In this document: positions 1 through 13,145 of the stretch, in pieces
Numbering within the stretch: position 1 is the first letter of the stretch
How the letters are laid out: each line of letters begins with the position of its first letter
Origin: Raillietiella orientalis
Lineage: Eukaryota
DNA: 64,000 nt
NCBI GenBank assembly: GCA_036172245.1
Contig: JAYWIR010000003.1
Location: 1,364,001-1,428,000, forward strand
Direction: 5' to 3'
The notes under the pieces: generated by a model
What the model saw: the letters and a program-made list of their open reading frames with translations, nothing else
Databases searched by the model: none
What the model was told of the DNA's origin: nothing
Program-made: the position numbers and the translations under genes

Positions 1-1741
1 GATGACGCCGTCTGGCACGAAGGGATCCGCGGCCTCGTCCCCGGCGTTCCCAGCCGCGAGAGAGACCGCGAGCGACGACCCGATGGGGGGCGAAGGGGCA
101 TCCGGGCAGTGCGGTTCTCCCCTGTGGTTTCGCCTCCCTCGTAAAGATAGCGCGAGGGGCGGAGTCTCCCCGTCCCCGCCTTTTCGAAGGCGCGCCGATC
201 GAAGGGCCCTCCGGGGCGCGCTCACCCTCAGCGCCTGCCCTCCGGTGAGGCTTTCCTGACGCACGCTCCTCGCACTGGAAGCTGGTGAAAGCTCCCAGAC
301 ACATCTCCTTATCCCCCTGATCTGTAGTGGGGCCACCACCCGCGGGACAGCGGCGAACCTCCGGTCGACCATCGAGGGGAAGAGGAGGCGCCGCCGTCGG
401 TGGTCCCTGCGACCTCAGACTCCGGGATAAAGGGCGGAGGGGGGGAACCGTCGACCACCCACCTGGAGCCCGTTCTGCGAAGCTCCGTGCCTCATTCGTC
501 GCAGCTCCGATCCCCGCCTGCGGATGGACGCCCTGAAGCGCCGAGGCCCGGCGCACCATTAAGGAGGCGCGGAGTCTCCGAACCTACTCTTCCCCAGTCC
601 CGAAAGCTCTCCATGAGACGCGGAATCCGATCACCGTGGGTCCGGCTCTTGGGTTGCTGCCTCACGTGCTTGGTGGGTGGGCGGTCCGTAGAGGGAAGGA
701 GGTGTCCGGCTGCGCGCACCGGGAAAGCGACCGCCCAGCCACATGACCCCGTGGATCCCTTACCTTGCGGAGAGCGCGCAGGTGCCTCTTCTGCATTCCC
801 GGACTGGCAACTCACAGGTCCCGGAAGCGAGCGCGAACCTGCCGGGACTTCGTTCCGGGCGCGTTCGCCTGCCGCACATCTCTGCCCCCGGATGCTGGAT
901 CGCGGGATGCCCGCGGAGCAGTACGGGCTCCGCGCAGGCGCCCTCCTCCCGCCCGCGAGAGAAGGGGCAAATCCCCACCTCGTTCCGCTGCGGCCGAGAT
1001 GCGAACGGCCTCCCAGCGACTGTCCGGTGCCTCCTGCCGGAGATCCCGGTGACGTCGGTGCGTAGCCGGGTCGCAGCCGCCCGCCAGTTGCGCACGTCCA
1101 GCCGAAGCTGCCCGCGACGACGTCTGGAGAGAAGGGGGGGAGGATGGGCGCCCTCGCTTCCTCCCCCTAGCCTCCGCCTCCGGGGCGAAGGAGATCCGCG
1201 GGTGCTCTCGGCCGTCCGGAGGTCTCTCGCGCATGCCTCGTGGGTTTCGCCTCCCGCGACAGCAGCATAGGCTGCCTGAGCGCCTTTCCTCCCTCCCGCC
1301 GCGGCTGTCCCCCGAACGCCCGAGGCAACGGCGACGGCCGTCGCGCCCTCCGTCGTTCCGCCACCGAGGGGATGCCCGGCGGTGCGGGAGAGCACTCGAT
1401 TGCGCCACCGGGAAGCCGTCGCCGAGAGGGCGCCACGAAGGGGGGAGGGATGGAGCGCCTCGCGAGTCCACCCGTTCACCCGTTGACACGCAAAATCGTG
1501 ATGCGTTCCCGTTCTCCGTCCCAGCGTCCGAGATCGCAAGGATTACCAGCAACGACCGCCGTCGCTTCGTCTCCCGGAGGAACAGCCGATCCTTGGACGG
1601 CGCGCTGTTCACCCGAAGTTCTGTTCGAACTCACCGCTTCCACCCACCCCCTCCCCCGCCTCTTTCTTGTCGCCGTCGCCTGCGAGCACCGCCTTCCCCG
1701 CTTTTTCCGGCATGATGGGGCTCTTCCGTTCCCCTTTCAGC

Positions 1742-2510
1742 TTTTTTTTCTTTTTCTGCTTCCCAAGGAGTGCTGAAGAACCGCCCGCCTTCCCATTAGG
1801 GGACGCCCACGGAACTCTTCAACGCTGCCCGCGCCAATCCGAGGGTGTGTGTGAACTCTTCAAGTTAGGGGTCGATCACGGAGGACCACCCCGTGAATCC
1901 AGGAAGGCTTCGGAGGGAACGAGTCCGTGCCTGTCACTCTCGGGAGAGAACCCTGGTCCTGGTGGTCTCTCAAGGGAACCCGAAGGGAACTTCGTCCTTG
2001 TTCTGTCCGGAAGGGTCCCTCGAAGGAGGCCGCTGCTTCTTCGCTTCTCCGGAGGGACTCCCCGGAAGGGAACCGTTCCCGATTTCCACTTCCGAAGAGA
2101 ATCTCTCATGGACGCCTCCCGATTTCTCTGAAGGGTGCTTCCCGAAGGTAGCAGCGCGCTTCTCGATACTTTGGAGAGGCATCAACCAGCTTCATGATGC
2201 GCGATGAAGGGTCCCCATAAGGTAGGGGGTGGGTGGGTGGACGATTCCATTTTCACAATCGAAAGGAGAACGACTCCTTGATGTCTTGGAAGGATCCAAG
2301 AGGGTCAGCTTGCCTTCCTGCCAGTCAACGGGGCATCCGGCTCCCACCAGTACTGCCTCTCGAATAGGCCAGCCGGAGTTGTTCTGAAAGGGGGGCTCGT
2401 AACCCACGATGCACTTCCCATTCTCGGCATCGGCTTTTCCTTCCTTCGCTGGGATTCGAATCCGCAACACTCAGTGTGAGGAGCGGAGACCGCAGCTGCA
2501 CGACCACGGA
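1742..2510 (-). mobile_element. tRNA-headed SINE, copy A
   Basis: Minus strand starts with box A-like GTGGTCGTGCAG and box B-like GGATTCGAATCCC (~2450-2462). Carries the core GCAGCGCGCTTCTCGATACTTTGGAGAGGCATCAACCAGCT (2151-2191, plus strand) shared with six other copies. A-rich tail at ~1742-1756. Confidence 0.8.
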
Positions 2511-2899
2511 CCCGGTTCCTGGGGGAGACCTCGGAGCCGCTGCAGAAAGGCTTGCGCACTCAGGAAACCCAGCAGCCACGGGGATGTTAAGTTCACGTCC
2601 TGTCTCCTTCCAGGGGGGGCTGCCGTCTCCAACTCTGCTGCTGCTGCTGCTGCTCCTCTCCCCCCCTCCGCCTTCCTCCTTGTCCCTGCTAATGGTTTCG
2701 GGAATGAAATCAATTAGGCAGAGCCTCCCAATCAGTGAGACCGACGCCTCCCTGGCGAAGAAACAGCTGCACGGAACGGACAGAGGCTTGTTGACACGCC
2801 TCGGCGTGTCAAAAGAACGGCTCCCGGTCGGCTGCTGTAACGCGCTTCGGCGTCACCTTGGGAGACGGGGAGGATAGGCAAAAACGGGAAGGAGTCGCT

Positions 2900-3790
2900 T
2901 CGCGACCGCGTCCGACGCAACCTGGCCGCTGGGCTACGGGTGCGCGCGCACGCGCGGCTGGAGCTCAGCGGAAAGCGCGGGAACGAAAGTCTCCTCCTCC
3001 GCGATGGAGCCGTCTTTTCGGACGCGAAGTCCCCCTCCGCACCTCGCACCTTCGTGCTCATCAACTCCAGGGTTTCCTGACCCTGGTGGATGGACGACTT
3101 GGAACCCTACCGGCACCGCTGCAGCGGTCTGGTCCGGGGCAAGGCGTGCGTCTCAGGGATGCCCATCAGTGGTCCGACACATGGCAAGGCGCGTAGCAGG
3201 ATGCCCTTTCATAGAGATGGACTGCAGATGAACTTCACATTGTGGTTGGACACACTTGGATTCGCTGTCCATGATCTACTAGGGCCTTGGTGTGGATCAC
3301 CCCGGACTCAGCTGGGCTCTTGAGTCCACTGGCCGACACGCGTCGACCGGCCTCTTTTCCGGCCAGGAACTTCGGCGGTTTCCCTCGTTGGAAAATTCCT
3401 TTTCCCTGCCTTCCTAAGAGGAGCTTCCCGGGACCGCTGTGCTCAAGGGCTGCCCCCAATCACGTGCCTGGTGCTTTCTTAGCAGCTACGCGACTCGGGG
3501 GCTCGTGCCACCGACTTCCGGATCAGCATCCCCTCTTTCCAAGGGGTGAGCGCAACCTGGCGGTGCAGGAGGGAAGCGCTCGCCCAGAACCTGGATGCAT
3601 TGGGATGTTTCCTCGTTCACCCCGAGCTGGGCGTCATCATCAGCCCACTCCGCGATGCTGGAACCCGGCAGGACCCGGCGAAAAAGTCCTGCCGGCAGCG
3701 TGGCAGGTGTCAGTCCCGTTTTCCACGCTCATGCTCACGGTTCGTCTCCAGGACGGGACGTCTCCGCTGAACGCCTCCGGTAATTAGATT
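2900..3790 (+). mobile_element. Highly degenerate L1/Tx1-like LINE relic
   Basis: GQGVRLRDAH (~3137-3166) resembles RT motif GVRQGD. The 3540-3720 region weakly resembles the family-A ORF2 C-terminus. Confidence 0.35.
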
Positions 3791-6700
3791 TTGCTCAGCA
3801 GCCGCATTTCTGCTCCTTTTTTTTTTTTTTTTTTTGCCAAGTTCGAACTCAGCGCTTCGGACGACCTCTGCTGATGCCGAGCGATGTGCAGATGATGAGC
3901 GCAAGGTCAAACGTTCGAGCTTTGGCGTGCAAGGCGAAGCTTCCAGGATGCTCCCGACTCTCTCTCGAAGATTGCGTCATCCGCTGCCGACAAAAGTGGG
4001 CACGGAACCTGAGGCCAGATGGGAAGGTCATCAGCTGCGGAGCGCGCCCTTTTCCTCCCCAATTGGCTGGCGCTTCTGTCTCCGTGGGGAGAGGGCTCTC
4101 GCCGTGGATCACTCCGAGCGAACTTTCCCAGCCTCCGTTGCTTCGGACGATGGATGGACCTGCACGAAGATTCGCGGTGCGTACAAAGTCCGGCGCGGCA
4201 GCTCCTAGGCGCGCGCCCGGCGGCGTCGCACGCGCTCGGCGGTCCGTCGCATGTGCCGGCGTGATTTCCACATGGACTGCAGGTCGGAAGCGCTGCGCCC
4301 GAGGGAAGGAACGATGCCTGCGGGCAGCTCCCGGTTTCAAGGGACGCACTGCCGTGACCACCTATCCCGTCTTCGGGGAGCGAGAGGCCAGCAGTCGCTT
4401 CTGCAGTTCCACCACCAAAAAAAAAACTCACGGAGGCGGAGACGGGGTGACGGCTCAGCTTCCGTGGTCACCTGGAGTCCCTTGATTCCTGCTCCTGGAA
4501 CCGCCAGCGCGCCGTCCACCTTTTTTCCCATTTCTTCCTGTTTTCCTTTGAAAGGCACCCCGGTGGCTCTCCCTGCCTCTCGCTTCCGTTTGCCTCCCCC
4601 GGGTAACCGCTTGCTGCCTCGGGGCCTGCTCTGGTAACGCCACCTGAGCTTCGCCGCTCCGCTTCCAGCTGCGGCGCAGCGCGGGAGATGTCCCGATCGC
4701 CAACCGCGCCGCTGGTGCAGCGCGGCGGCGCGCGTGGCGTCCGCTCCTTGGCAACCGCCAGTTTCGCCTCAGCTCTTCCCAACTCTCCGACGCAGGGCAC
4801 CTCGGGCTTGCCCCTGGTGCGCAGCAACGTAAAGGTCAACGGACGCGTGGCGCATGCATCCGCATGATGCTGAAGGGGGAAAATTCTCACGTTTTGGGAC
4901 TCTCTTTGATCCGAGAAACTCCTCCCTCTTGTTTCCCCTGTGAAATCCCCCCCCCCCCCCAAGTGCTGTCTCCTTGACAACGGAACATGGGCTTCGAAAA
5001 CACCCTGTTTGGCTGGGAGGTTTTGAGGGCGGGGGAGGTATCTCGGCAGCTGGGACTGCCTCCTTAGCGAGCACCCACCTTACGTGTGGTGGCTCCATTC
5101 GAGTGTCCCCCCTTCCCCCTCATTTTTTGAGGCAACACGAAGATGGAGGCGTAACTCTAGGCAACGAATATCGGGAGTCAGGAAGAAACTGAATCTCGGA
5201 ATACGCTCCCCTGGAGACGGGACGCAAACCTGGAATGGGCGGTTTGTCCCGGGGAGCAATCCAGACCCTCGGGCCGACCTTCAAGGGATCTGTAAAGTGA
5301 GCCACTTAAAACCGGCCCATCCTCAGCCTCGCTGCGTTTCGCCGCAAAGCCGGACTCGAGGCGGCGTCTATTTTTAGACCGCATTGTTGGCCGCCATACC
5401 GATAGCGCACGCTGATGCCCCACCGCGAAGTCGCGTACGCCGTTTTGAAATGGTACGACGGATAGGATAGACCTCGCCCCTCAGCGGATCCCCAGCCCTC
5501 GCCAGGCTCTTCATCTTAATCATCAACCGGTTCGCCCGGGCCGAATGACGCATCTGGTCATCCGGTCTCCACCTGGTGGACCCTCCCCTTCTGACCTTTG
5601 CAGCTCTCGTTCCTCTCCGTCCCCGGACACGTCTTCTTTTGATCCTGCTGTATCGTGAGACGGTGATAGCCTCCTCTCAGGGCGGACCCTACCGCCCACG
5701 CTCGAAGCGCCACGACATGCCCACGTCTCGCTGGAGGGGAATTCTGCAGGGTGGGTGGTTCATGCCCCCTGCAAGGTTCCGTGGAGCTGAAAGAGCAGAG
5801 TCAGGCGCATCCCATTGGCCACGGACTGGAAGTGGTGTCGAATGCCTCTGGAACTCATCTCCCTAAGGCGATTTCCGGTCCCCATTCCCTTTTTTCCTTT
5901 ATTTGTCTCCCTGAATCCCTGATCCAGGTCTCCAAGCCTCCTTCTGCTTTCCCTGCACCCTCAGAGGTCTTCCGCTGCTCCTCCCGACAAGAGGAGCCGA
6001 GGCGGGCAAAGAGAACGGGTTCTGCCCTGCCCTTGGAGTTTCCGTGTCGTCTTCCCGCTCGCTCCCGTCGTTGCGACCTCTCGCAGGAGAATCCTTCCTT
6101 CAGTGGTCAGTCTTAGGGCGAATCTGACCTGCCCAGAAGGTCGTGGAACTCGTGGCGAAACCGCCTGCTGCCGCGATTCCACCTCGCAGATGCTAATGCG
6201 ACGCTAATGTGACGAGGTCACGCCTCGGGGCGTTTCGGGCATGACGGGGCAGGGGGCGAGAACACGCTGGTTCCCCACCAAAGGCAAAAAATGCTCAAGG
6301 GGTGGGGGGATCCACCGACACGCAGATCGGGTCGTCCGAAACGGGAGAAGGGAAGGGGACAACAAAAAAAGGAGAGAAAATCCAGGGATGTGGGGCAAGG
6401 GTCCTTGGGTTCGCTGGTTGACGGAATCACCCGCGGGGGTGAGCTCCATCCCTCTTCCGGAGGCACCGTCGCGGCGGAATCACTGGAGGGCGCCCTCCGC
6501 CTGTCTTAGCGACCGCGATCTAGAGCTTAGCTTGCGCAGTCGGTCGCGGCCCCACTTCGGTCGGCTTCCAGGGGGGGGAGGTTGACATCTGGAACCCATA
6601 AAAAAAAAAAAAAACTGAACCTTGGGATGTAGTGGCGCGCGCTTTCGGGTGGAGCCTTCGGAGAGACTTGAGAGAGGCGTATGGCCACGTGGAGGCCGTT

Positions 6701-7209
6701 CCCTCTCCGGGAGAAGGCGTCTGGCAGAACCTCCCCGAACTCGGAGCGAACTCTCTTTCTCGTCAACGCGTTTGCTGGAGGAGGGGGAGCAGAGGTCACG
6801 CCCGCACCTTTTAGGGGGAGGGCCACAGCCCCCCGCTGGTGCCTTGCGTGACCTTGAGGAGCATCCCGCGACCTTCCTTCCCACCCCTGGATACCGCGCG
6901 CTTCCAGTCGCTTCCACTCCTGCCGGAAAGCCTAGCGAAGAGACCGACGCCATCTTCGTCCACGAGGACTCGTCCTTCCGGGCGAATCGAATTGCAGATG
7001 ACTGCTGCGCCAGCGTTCCAAATCCAAGCAGAGGTGTTCCAGCAGCCTGCTGCATCCGAACTTGACCCTTGCTGGACGAAGGGGGAGCGCTGAGGGTCTT
7101 GGAGACGCGCCGAAGCTCCCACGCGTATGTAGGCACCTTGGTCAGCCGGCTCCCCGATGAGAAGGATTGGTGGGCGGACAGAGGTCCTTTCTTTCAGCAG
7201 AAACAGATG

Positions 7210-8650
7210 CAACAACCGACCCGATTGTCATATGAAATGACCCTTGAGATTTTTCAGCCACCCACGGAAGCTAGTTCGTATGGCCCGAGGGCAAATCGAT
7301 GAATTACTCCCAGGCAACCCTGTGGCTCGCGTTGTTTCCCGGCGAGCGCGGCAGACAGAGGAAACCATCCGTGCAAAAAACTCTGACACCCCAGCTCCCC
7401 AGTTTCGTCACCCTAGAATCCAGTGAGACTTTCAGTATGGCCTCTGGGAACCCCTGGAGACTCCTACCCCAACTGCAGCACGTTTTCACGTAAACTTCCC
7501 CTGCAGAGGTCCCATCAGGTTGATATTTCTCCGGCCAAAAGATAACAAGACGCGGTCTCCTCCTCGGACTCATAGTCACCGTGGTGAAGGGAAGCAGCTG
7601 GATGTTTCGTTGCCCCGGCTGGCTGGAAAAAACAGTTGGCAAGTGGGAGAAGCTGAACGAGCCTAACTCCGAAGAATAGAACTGCCTGCGACTCTGCATC
7701 AGCATCTGCTGCTCTCGTCGGAAGATTCTGGAGTGTCCCAGTAGGAGCGAGTGGGTAAAGCTGCCCCTCCCGCCTTGCCACATATCTTCCCTCCCTGAGC
7801 GAGGCGAATGGTAGCAGCCAACCAGCAAGTTGGGAAGCCTCCTGCGAGATCCAAGACAGGGGGAAGTTGATGAGTGGAGGATGTTGCGACCCCAATTGCC
7901 CTTCCCCGAGGACTTGCCAGCTGGGGACAGCTGCGCGGTATCCTTAAGGAAGAGCTAAAGTGCTCCCGGTGCTCGCAGGCGGCAGCGCTCTCCTCTTGAA
8001 GTGGCAGGAGTCGGTATTTCCGCTGTTGCACCGGGGTCTTCCCTGCAACTCCCGCCGACACCGCTGAAAGCTGGTGAGTGCGAGCCCGGACTGCCACAGG
8101 TGAGAGGAACGGGAATCCTTCACGCATCTGCTTGTGCTGTCTTCCATCCTCGATGGGAACGTTTGAGAACGAGCTGCAAGCCCCGGTTGGCACCCCCAGA
8201 GACCTTGTAAAATTCCTCTTCACACGGGATGCCCTGCAGCATCCTCAGCAGATCTTCGCTGCATCCGTGGGCTCGTGGCAGCTTGGAGCGACGCTCGAGG
8301 AGCACTGAACGAGAGGGACGCCATCGGGTGGACACTTTGCTTTCTGCGGATAGAGGCCAGATGACCCCAGCTGTGTGCAATCCGGACCGACCTAGTTCTC
8401 TGAATCGTTTCCAGGATGCAGAGGATGCTCTCCAGAGGACAGTGCATCCTTCTTGGCTCTTCACAGTGTTTTTATTTATTTTTCTTCTGTTTCCCTCTCC
8501 CCTTGCTGCTGAGGTGGACCTCACTGGTCTGCGGGTAGGCAATCCGGCAGATCCATGGAGAAACAGTGTAGTAGCACCACATGTCCCAACACAACCTACG
8601 AGTTCATTTTAAATTATAATGAACGCCGCGGCACGTCCGAGTGGAAATCA
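7210..8650 (+). mobile_element. 5'-truncated family-A L1/Tx1-like LINE (zf-RVT end, 3'UTR)
   Basis: Frameshifted LLKWQESVFPLLHRGLPCNSRRH...CIRGLVAAWSDARG..ERDAI. T-rich tract, 3'UTR stem (8506-8550) and terminal AATGAA-cgc-CGCGG-cacgt-CCGAG-TGGAAA (8618-8647). 5' limit approximate. Confidence 0.75.
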
Positions 8651-8657
8651 AATAGAT

Positions 8658-9300
8658 GTTGCGACACGGGGTCGTGAGGGGGTGTTCATTGTTGGCCACA
8701 GCAGCAAGGTGAACATTAAGTTAAAAATAAAGAAAATAGAAGGACGGAGAGCGAGAAAGAAGAAGGATGGAGGGCTGGTTCCTGCCAAAGGTCGATCAAC
8801 TCTGGATGGACTGGCAAGCCAGGTGATCTTCCGGCGAGGTCAACCCCGAGGTAGGAAGGCAAGGGGTGCCAAGTGAAGAAATGCGAAAAAGGCACGCGGC
8901 TGTGTGTACCGGGGCGGAGCGAAGGAAGGAGGATCTCTGGGACTGCCCCGCATCCTGCGCAGGATGCTGGCAAGCCCTACCCTCCGATCTGCTAGGCGGC
9001 GACGCCTCGCTGCTCCCCTCAAGAGGCTGTGGCGGTAGTGGCTCTGCCGCCACGGAGGCAGCGGATGGCAGCGCGGGTGGCCGCCATCTCCGCTGCAGCG
9101 CAAGATGGGGGAGATACGCGCTTCTGCGCAAGTGCGCCACACGGTGGACGACCCCGACTCGGGAGCAGCGTGGCTGCCGGGTGTGCAGACACCTTCAGGG
9201 ACAGGGTGGGCTGCTTGCGGGAGCCGCAGGGGTCTGCCCGGCGTGGCAGTCGCTTGTGACAGGCACTCGAGGTCGCTGCGCCGGCCAAACAGATGTCACC
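8658..9300 (-). mobile_element. 5'-truncated family-A LINE, tail-to-tail with previous copy
   Basis: Minus strand AAIRCLRG...LASILRRMRGSPRDP matches the family-A C-terminus. Pyrimidine-rich 3'UTR and degenerate terminus AATGAACACCCC...CCGTGTCGCAA. Confidence 0.6.
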
Positions 9301-9309
9301 GCTCTCGGA

Positions 9310-9922
9310 TGCTTCAAGCGCTGTCCACGTCACCCCCGAGGGTGCGCGTGACTCTTCAAGTTAGATGAGGTAACCTCGGAGGGAGCACATGTAGGGAGGA
9401 AGGAGTCTGTTCCTCTTATGCTCGGGAGGGAACCCCGAAAGAAACTCTTTCCTTGTTCTCTTCGGAGCAACCCCCCGGAGGCGGTCTCTCTTACGGAGGG
9501 ATCCCCTGGAAAGGATCCACATTTTGTTTCCTCCTCTGGACGGAATCCCGCAGGGACGCTTCCCGAAGGGAGAAGCGCGCTTCGTCACACTCTGGAGAGG
9601 CATCAACCAGCTCCATGGTGAGTGATGGAGGGTCCTACCCCGGGGGAAGAAAGGTCCCATTTTCGCGACCGGAAGGGAACCCCGAAGGACTCCTTGATGT
9701 CGTGGAAGGCCCCCGGTTGATCAACTTCCAATCCCGGCTAGTCTACGGGGGCATCCGGGGGTTTCCGGCTTCAAGCAGTACTGCACCCGAATGGGCAAAC
9801 CAGTCATCTTGCTGGGAAGGAGGGACTCGGAACAAACACGACGCAACTCCTATTCTCGGAGCCGGTCCTTCCTCGGGCGGGATTCGAACCCGCGACGCTT
9901 TGTGCCTTGCGGGTTCCAATCC
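9310..9922 (-). mobile_element. tRNA-headed SINE, copy B (5' end folded back)
   Basis: Box B (plus-strand GGGATTCGAACCCGC, 9879-9893), core at ~9574-9635, 3' part GTGGACAGCGCTTGAAG on minus. Confidence 0.8.
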
Positions 9923-9959
9923 AACGGGGGCTTCCGGCATCTCATATGCCAGTATTGCA

Positions 9960-11050
9960 GGCAATGCTGGCAATTCTTAGTGCGGCCCCTAGGGCATTCT
10001 CTCCACTCAGGCATGGCGGGGTTTCGCAGGAGGCCACAGCGCACCAGCAGCACGGCGATCTGCTGGTGGCGAAGAGGGAGGATGGAGGCGTACCCAGGAA
10101 GGCCATCGCCTCCGGCCCTTCTCTGGGAATCCAGGAAGCCGTGTCTGCCGTTGCGATTCCCGGGCGAGATCTTTGGACGCGTCCTGTCGCTAAGTCGCGG
10201 GCTTTCTGGTCGAGAGAGCCCAGCCTCGCGCTGCAGGACGATCCTCAAGCTGAATTTCTTTCCGCTGATGTAGGAGGAACCGTGCAGCGTCTGGAACGTC
10301 TCTCGATGCTCCCTGGAAAGCAGGTCCACCGGTTGGTCGGGATCCTGATGCTCGCAGGCAAGAACCCACGGAGGCTTCGCGGCCGCAGCTTCTATCCTTT
10401 ATACGAGTCGTGAAGGGATTCCGCTTCCGCTAGAGGCATCATTTCGCTGTGTCCGTTCGGGAGGCACTTCGCGTTTCCAAGTTTGGGGGCACTGCCCACT
10501 TTCTAGGGACGCCGCTCTCTCTCTGCATCGCCGCTAATTGAAACTCGCTGGAGCAGGAGGACTCCCAGGAAGTGCTTCATCGCAACAACCGCTGGTCGTC
10601 TGAACGGTCCTCGTCCACTCTACACCTCTGAAAGGATAGCCTTTCCTTTGATTTTTCGCGCAGGACTCCTGCCATGCACTGAGCAGCTTGACCTGCGCCT
10701 TCAGGGTATCGGTCAATGTCACGGCTGAAAGAGAGGAACCCAAAGCTCAGTGATGCCTCTCTGCAGCTCGAACAGTGCCGTGAGGTGGGGATGGACCATG
10801 GGGGGTGCCTGCAGAATAGTTCGAATGCCAGGAGGAGCACCTCGCATGTTCGCGCGACGGACGTCGCGCAAACGTGCCTGGAAGAAACCGTCCCGGGAGG
10901 TGCCTGGAAGAAACTGGCGCTGCGCTCGGACTGAGGTGCACCACGTTTACGCGTTCCCGGGATTAGGAGGAATCCGTTCGGACCAAAGTCGCCGATCGAG
11001 TGGGTTCATCTGCGAAGACATTCAGAAGCTGAGGGGACACGGCCGCTTTT
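9960..11050. mobile_element. Degenerate LINE ORF2 relics (plus ~9960-10450; minus ~10480-11050)
   Basis: LLVAKREDGGV resembles the post-RT L..PK..GGL motif. Minus-strand LLLAFELFC...HCSSCREAS resembles zf-RVT. Confidence 0.35.
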
Positions 11051-12329
11051 TCAGTCGTACCATCTGAAAGTTTCATCTGGGTGTTGGATTCTCTCTCTCT
11101 CTCTCTCTTTTTCGAGAGAAAAAGAGAGGAACGGGGAAGTTTTCGGGTAACGGCTGCTGCGTGTTGACTCAGGCAGTCATGTAATGCATCTCTGCTTATC
11201 TTCCATCTCAGCTGCAGATTCCTCTTTTCCCAATCCCAAGGAAGTCTTTTCTGAGCGGTTCCAGTCTGCCACTGGGGAGAGCATCTCGGACGCGTTGTGC
11301 TGGTTGGGGCGGAAGCTGCAAGCTTGATATCCCCCTCCATGCATGAAAGAAACGTTTTCTTTCCCGGATTTCGTTAGGTTTCCTGGTTCCCCGGGGGGAG
11401 GAGGGGGAAGGAGCACCAGCAGGAATGCGTGACACTGGGACAGAACAAAGACAGAGCGAATTGCCTCTTCGGAGGAGTCCCACGCGTTCCTCCCTTAGCT
11501 ACAGAAGAAGGCGTTTTCCCTCTGGTTGCCAAAGAAGACGCATCTTCCAAGACCCTCGTGGCTTTCTTAAAAACTCTCCTTGACCCAGAGACTCATCCTT
11601 CCGTCCGCCGTCTGCGGGAGCCACTTGTAGCAATCCTGCATGATCAGCGAGGAGGAGGGAAAACCGAGCTGCCCTTATCTTCCATCCTTTCTCCTCCCAG
11701 CATCCCAGATGTTCTTTGAATCACCTCAGCCTCGCTAGTCCGAGTGAGCCCACAACCTCGAGGGTGGAGGAGACCTCCGCTAGCGGACTCCCGCTGCGGA
11801 AGATGGACGATTCGACCACGGCGTACCTAGCCACTGCACCCTTGCACGCGGCTCCGCAAGCAGACCCTTCGCTCCCTCCACCTTCTTCAGGTCCACTGAA
11901 GCGCAAAATGCTCCCAGATTAGCTTCCCGATTGGCTGCCTCGTCTCCTCCGGGATCCACCTGCGTTCGCCGGCTGACTCTTCATCCGCAGCCCTCCAGAC
12001 TGCTCTCCTCCCTTAGGCGGGAACTCTCTTCGAAACCGGCGGCGGCGGAAGCGCGATAGGGGAGGCGTGGAAGCTGCAAGTCCGGGAGCGTTAAGGGGAC
12101 GGTCAGCGAGTCGTGAAGGGGGCGTCCCCGAGGTTATTCGGCTTGAGAAGGTAACCTCATCGAGGGATTCGGCTTTTCCACCCTTCTGCGAAGGAAAGCT
12201 TCCGGGTCGGAGGGCAGGGGAAGCCGGGGAGCGACAGGAGCTCACCAGCGAGGTGGAAGTACCCCTTCTGCATTCTTGCAGGAGTGACCAAATCTCCTTT
12301 CCCCTTCCCCTCTAGCGGCTTGACAACGA

Positions 12330-13145
12330 GCTAGCTGCTGGAAACCGCCTCTCCTCTCGGTTGCAAGGGACCACATCAATGGCCCGACTGGGTCCAGTGC
12401 GCCCCCTGGCAAACTCGCCGTCCCTCCCTCATATTCCAACACTTTTAATGTCCCCCTTCAGCTGGAGACAGGCAACGCTGCTGCTCCTGCACTGGGACCC
12501 CCAGATCAATCAGGGCCTGGACCTCACCTCCGGGAGGAGTTGCGTCCCCGACCTGCCGTTCCAGGGACGGCTCGCGCCCGCACCCGCTTTTGGACTGTGG
12601 GGTTCCCCACAGGCGGTGGCGACTCCCGCGACCTACTGCGCCGGTGCTTCGCGCACGGCAGACCCTGGACCGGACCGGTGATGGCGCCGCGTGCTCGAGG
12701 CGCAGACGCAAAGAAAGGAGTCGCCGTGACGAAAGTCAAGGCCTAAATGAGGATGGTGACTCACCCGGAAGAGGAAGCGAAGGCGGAGATCGGCGACGCT
12801 TTTAGAAGGAAGGAAACGTCCGAAACCGATGGCTCCAGTCCTCACCCTTCCCTGTTTATTTAGTCACTGTTATTTCCGGTCCGGAAATAACAGTGACTCC
12901 CGGTCCGAGCATTTCCCGCTGTCTAAGAAGGAACAGGAAAAGCCAATGACCCCTTCCCCACCTTCCGGCTTTCTGTTTGTATTTTTGCTTATCATCCTCT
13001 TCCACCCGTCCCCCGCTTCTGAAAAGACCGATCCGCGTGTCGGTGCACCCTCTTCTTGAACTTGTTATTTTGTGGGGAGAATCGGCGGTTCCCAACGCGT
13101 TTGTCCATTTTTCGAACAAGCGCCCCGGGGCGTGACGGGTGAAGA
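12330..13145 (+). mobile_element. 5'-truncated family-A LINE
   Basis: WRQATLLLLHW and LLDCG motifs, T-rich tract, hairpin ACCGAT-ccgcgt-GTCGGT (13027-13044), terminus AACAAGCGCCCCGGGGCGTGACGGGTGAAG. Confidence 0.65.

Noticed and set aside
1..1700. Many overlapping 100-260 aa ORFs on both strands (also 3.8-7.2 kb, 22-23.6 kb, 27.3-28.2 kb)
   Set aside because: R/P/G/S-rich translations without recognisable motifs; expected by chance in high-GC sequence.
8500..8560. HDV-like or hammerhead ribozyme in LINE 3'UTRs
   Set aside because: No CUGANGA/GAAA hammerhead core or HDV nested double pseudoknot could be built by eye; kept only as an unassigned structure.
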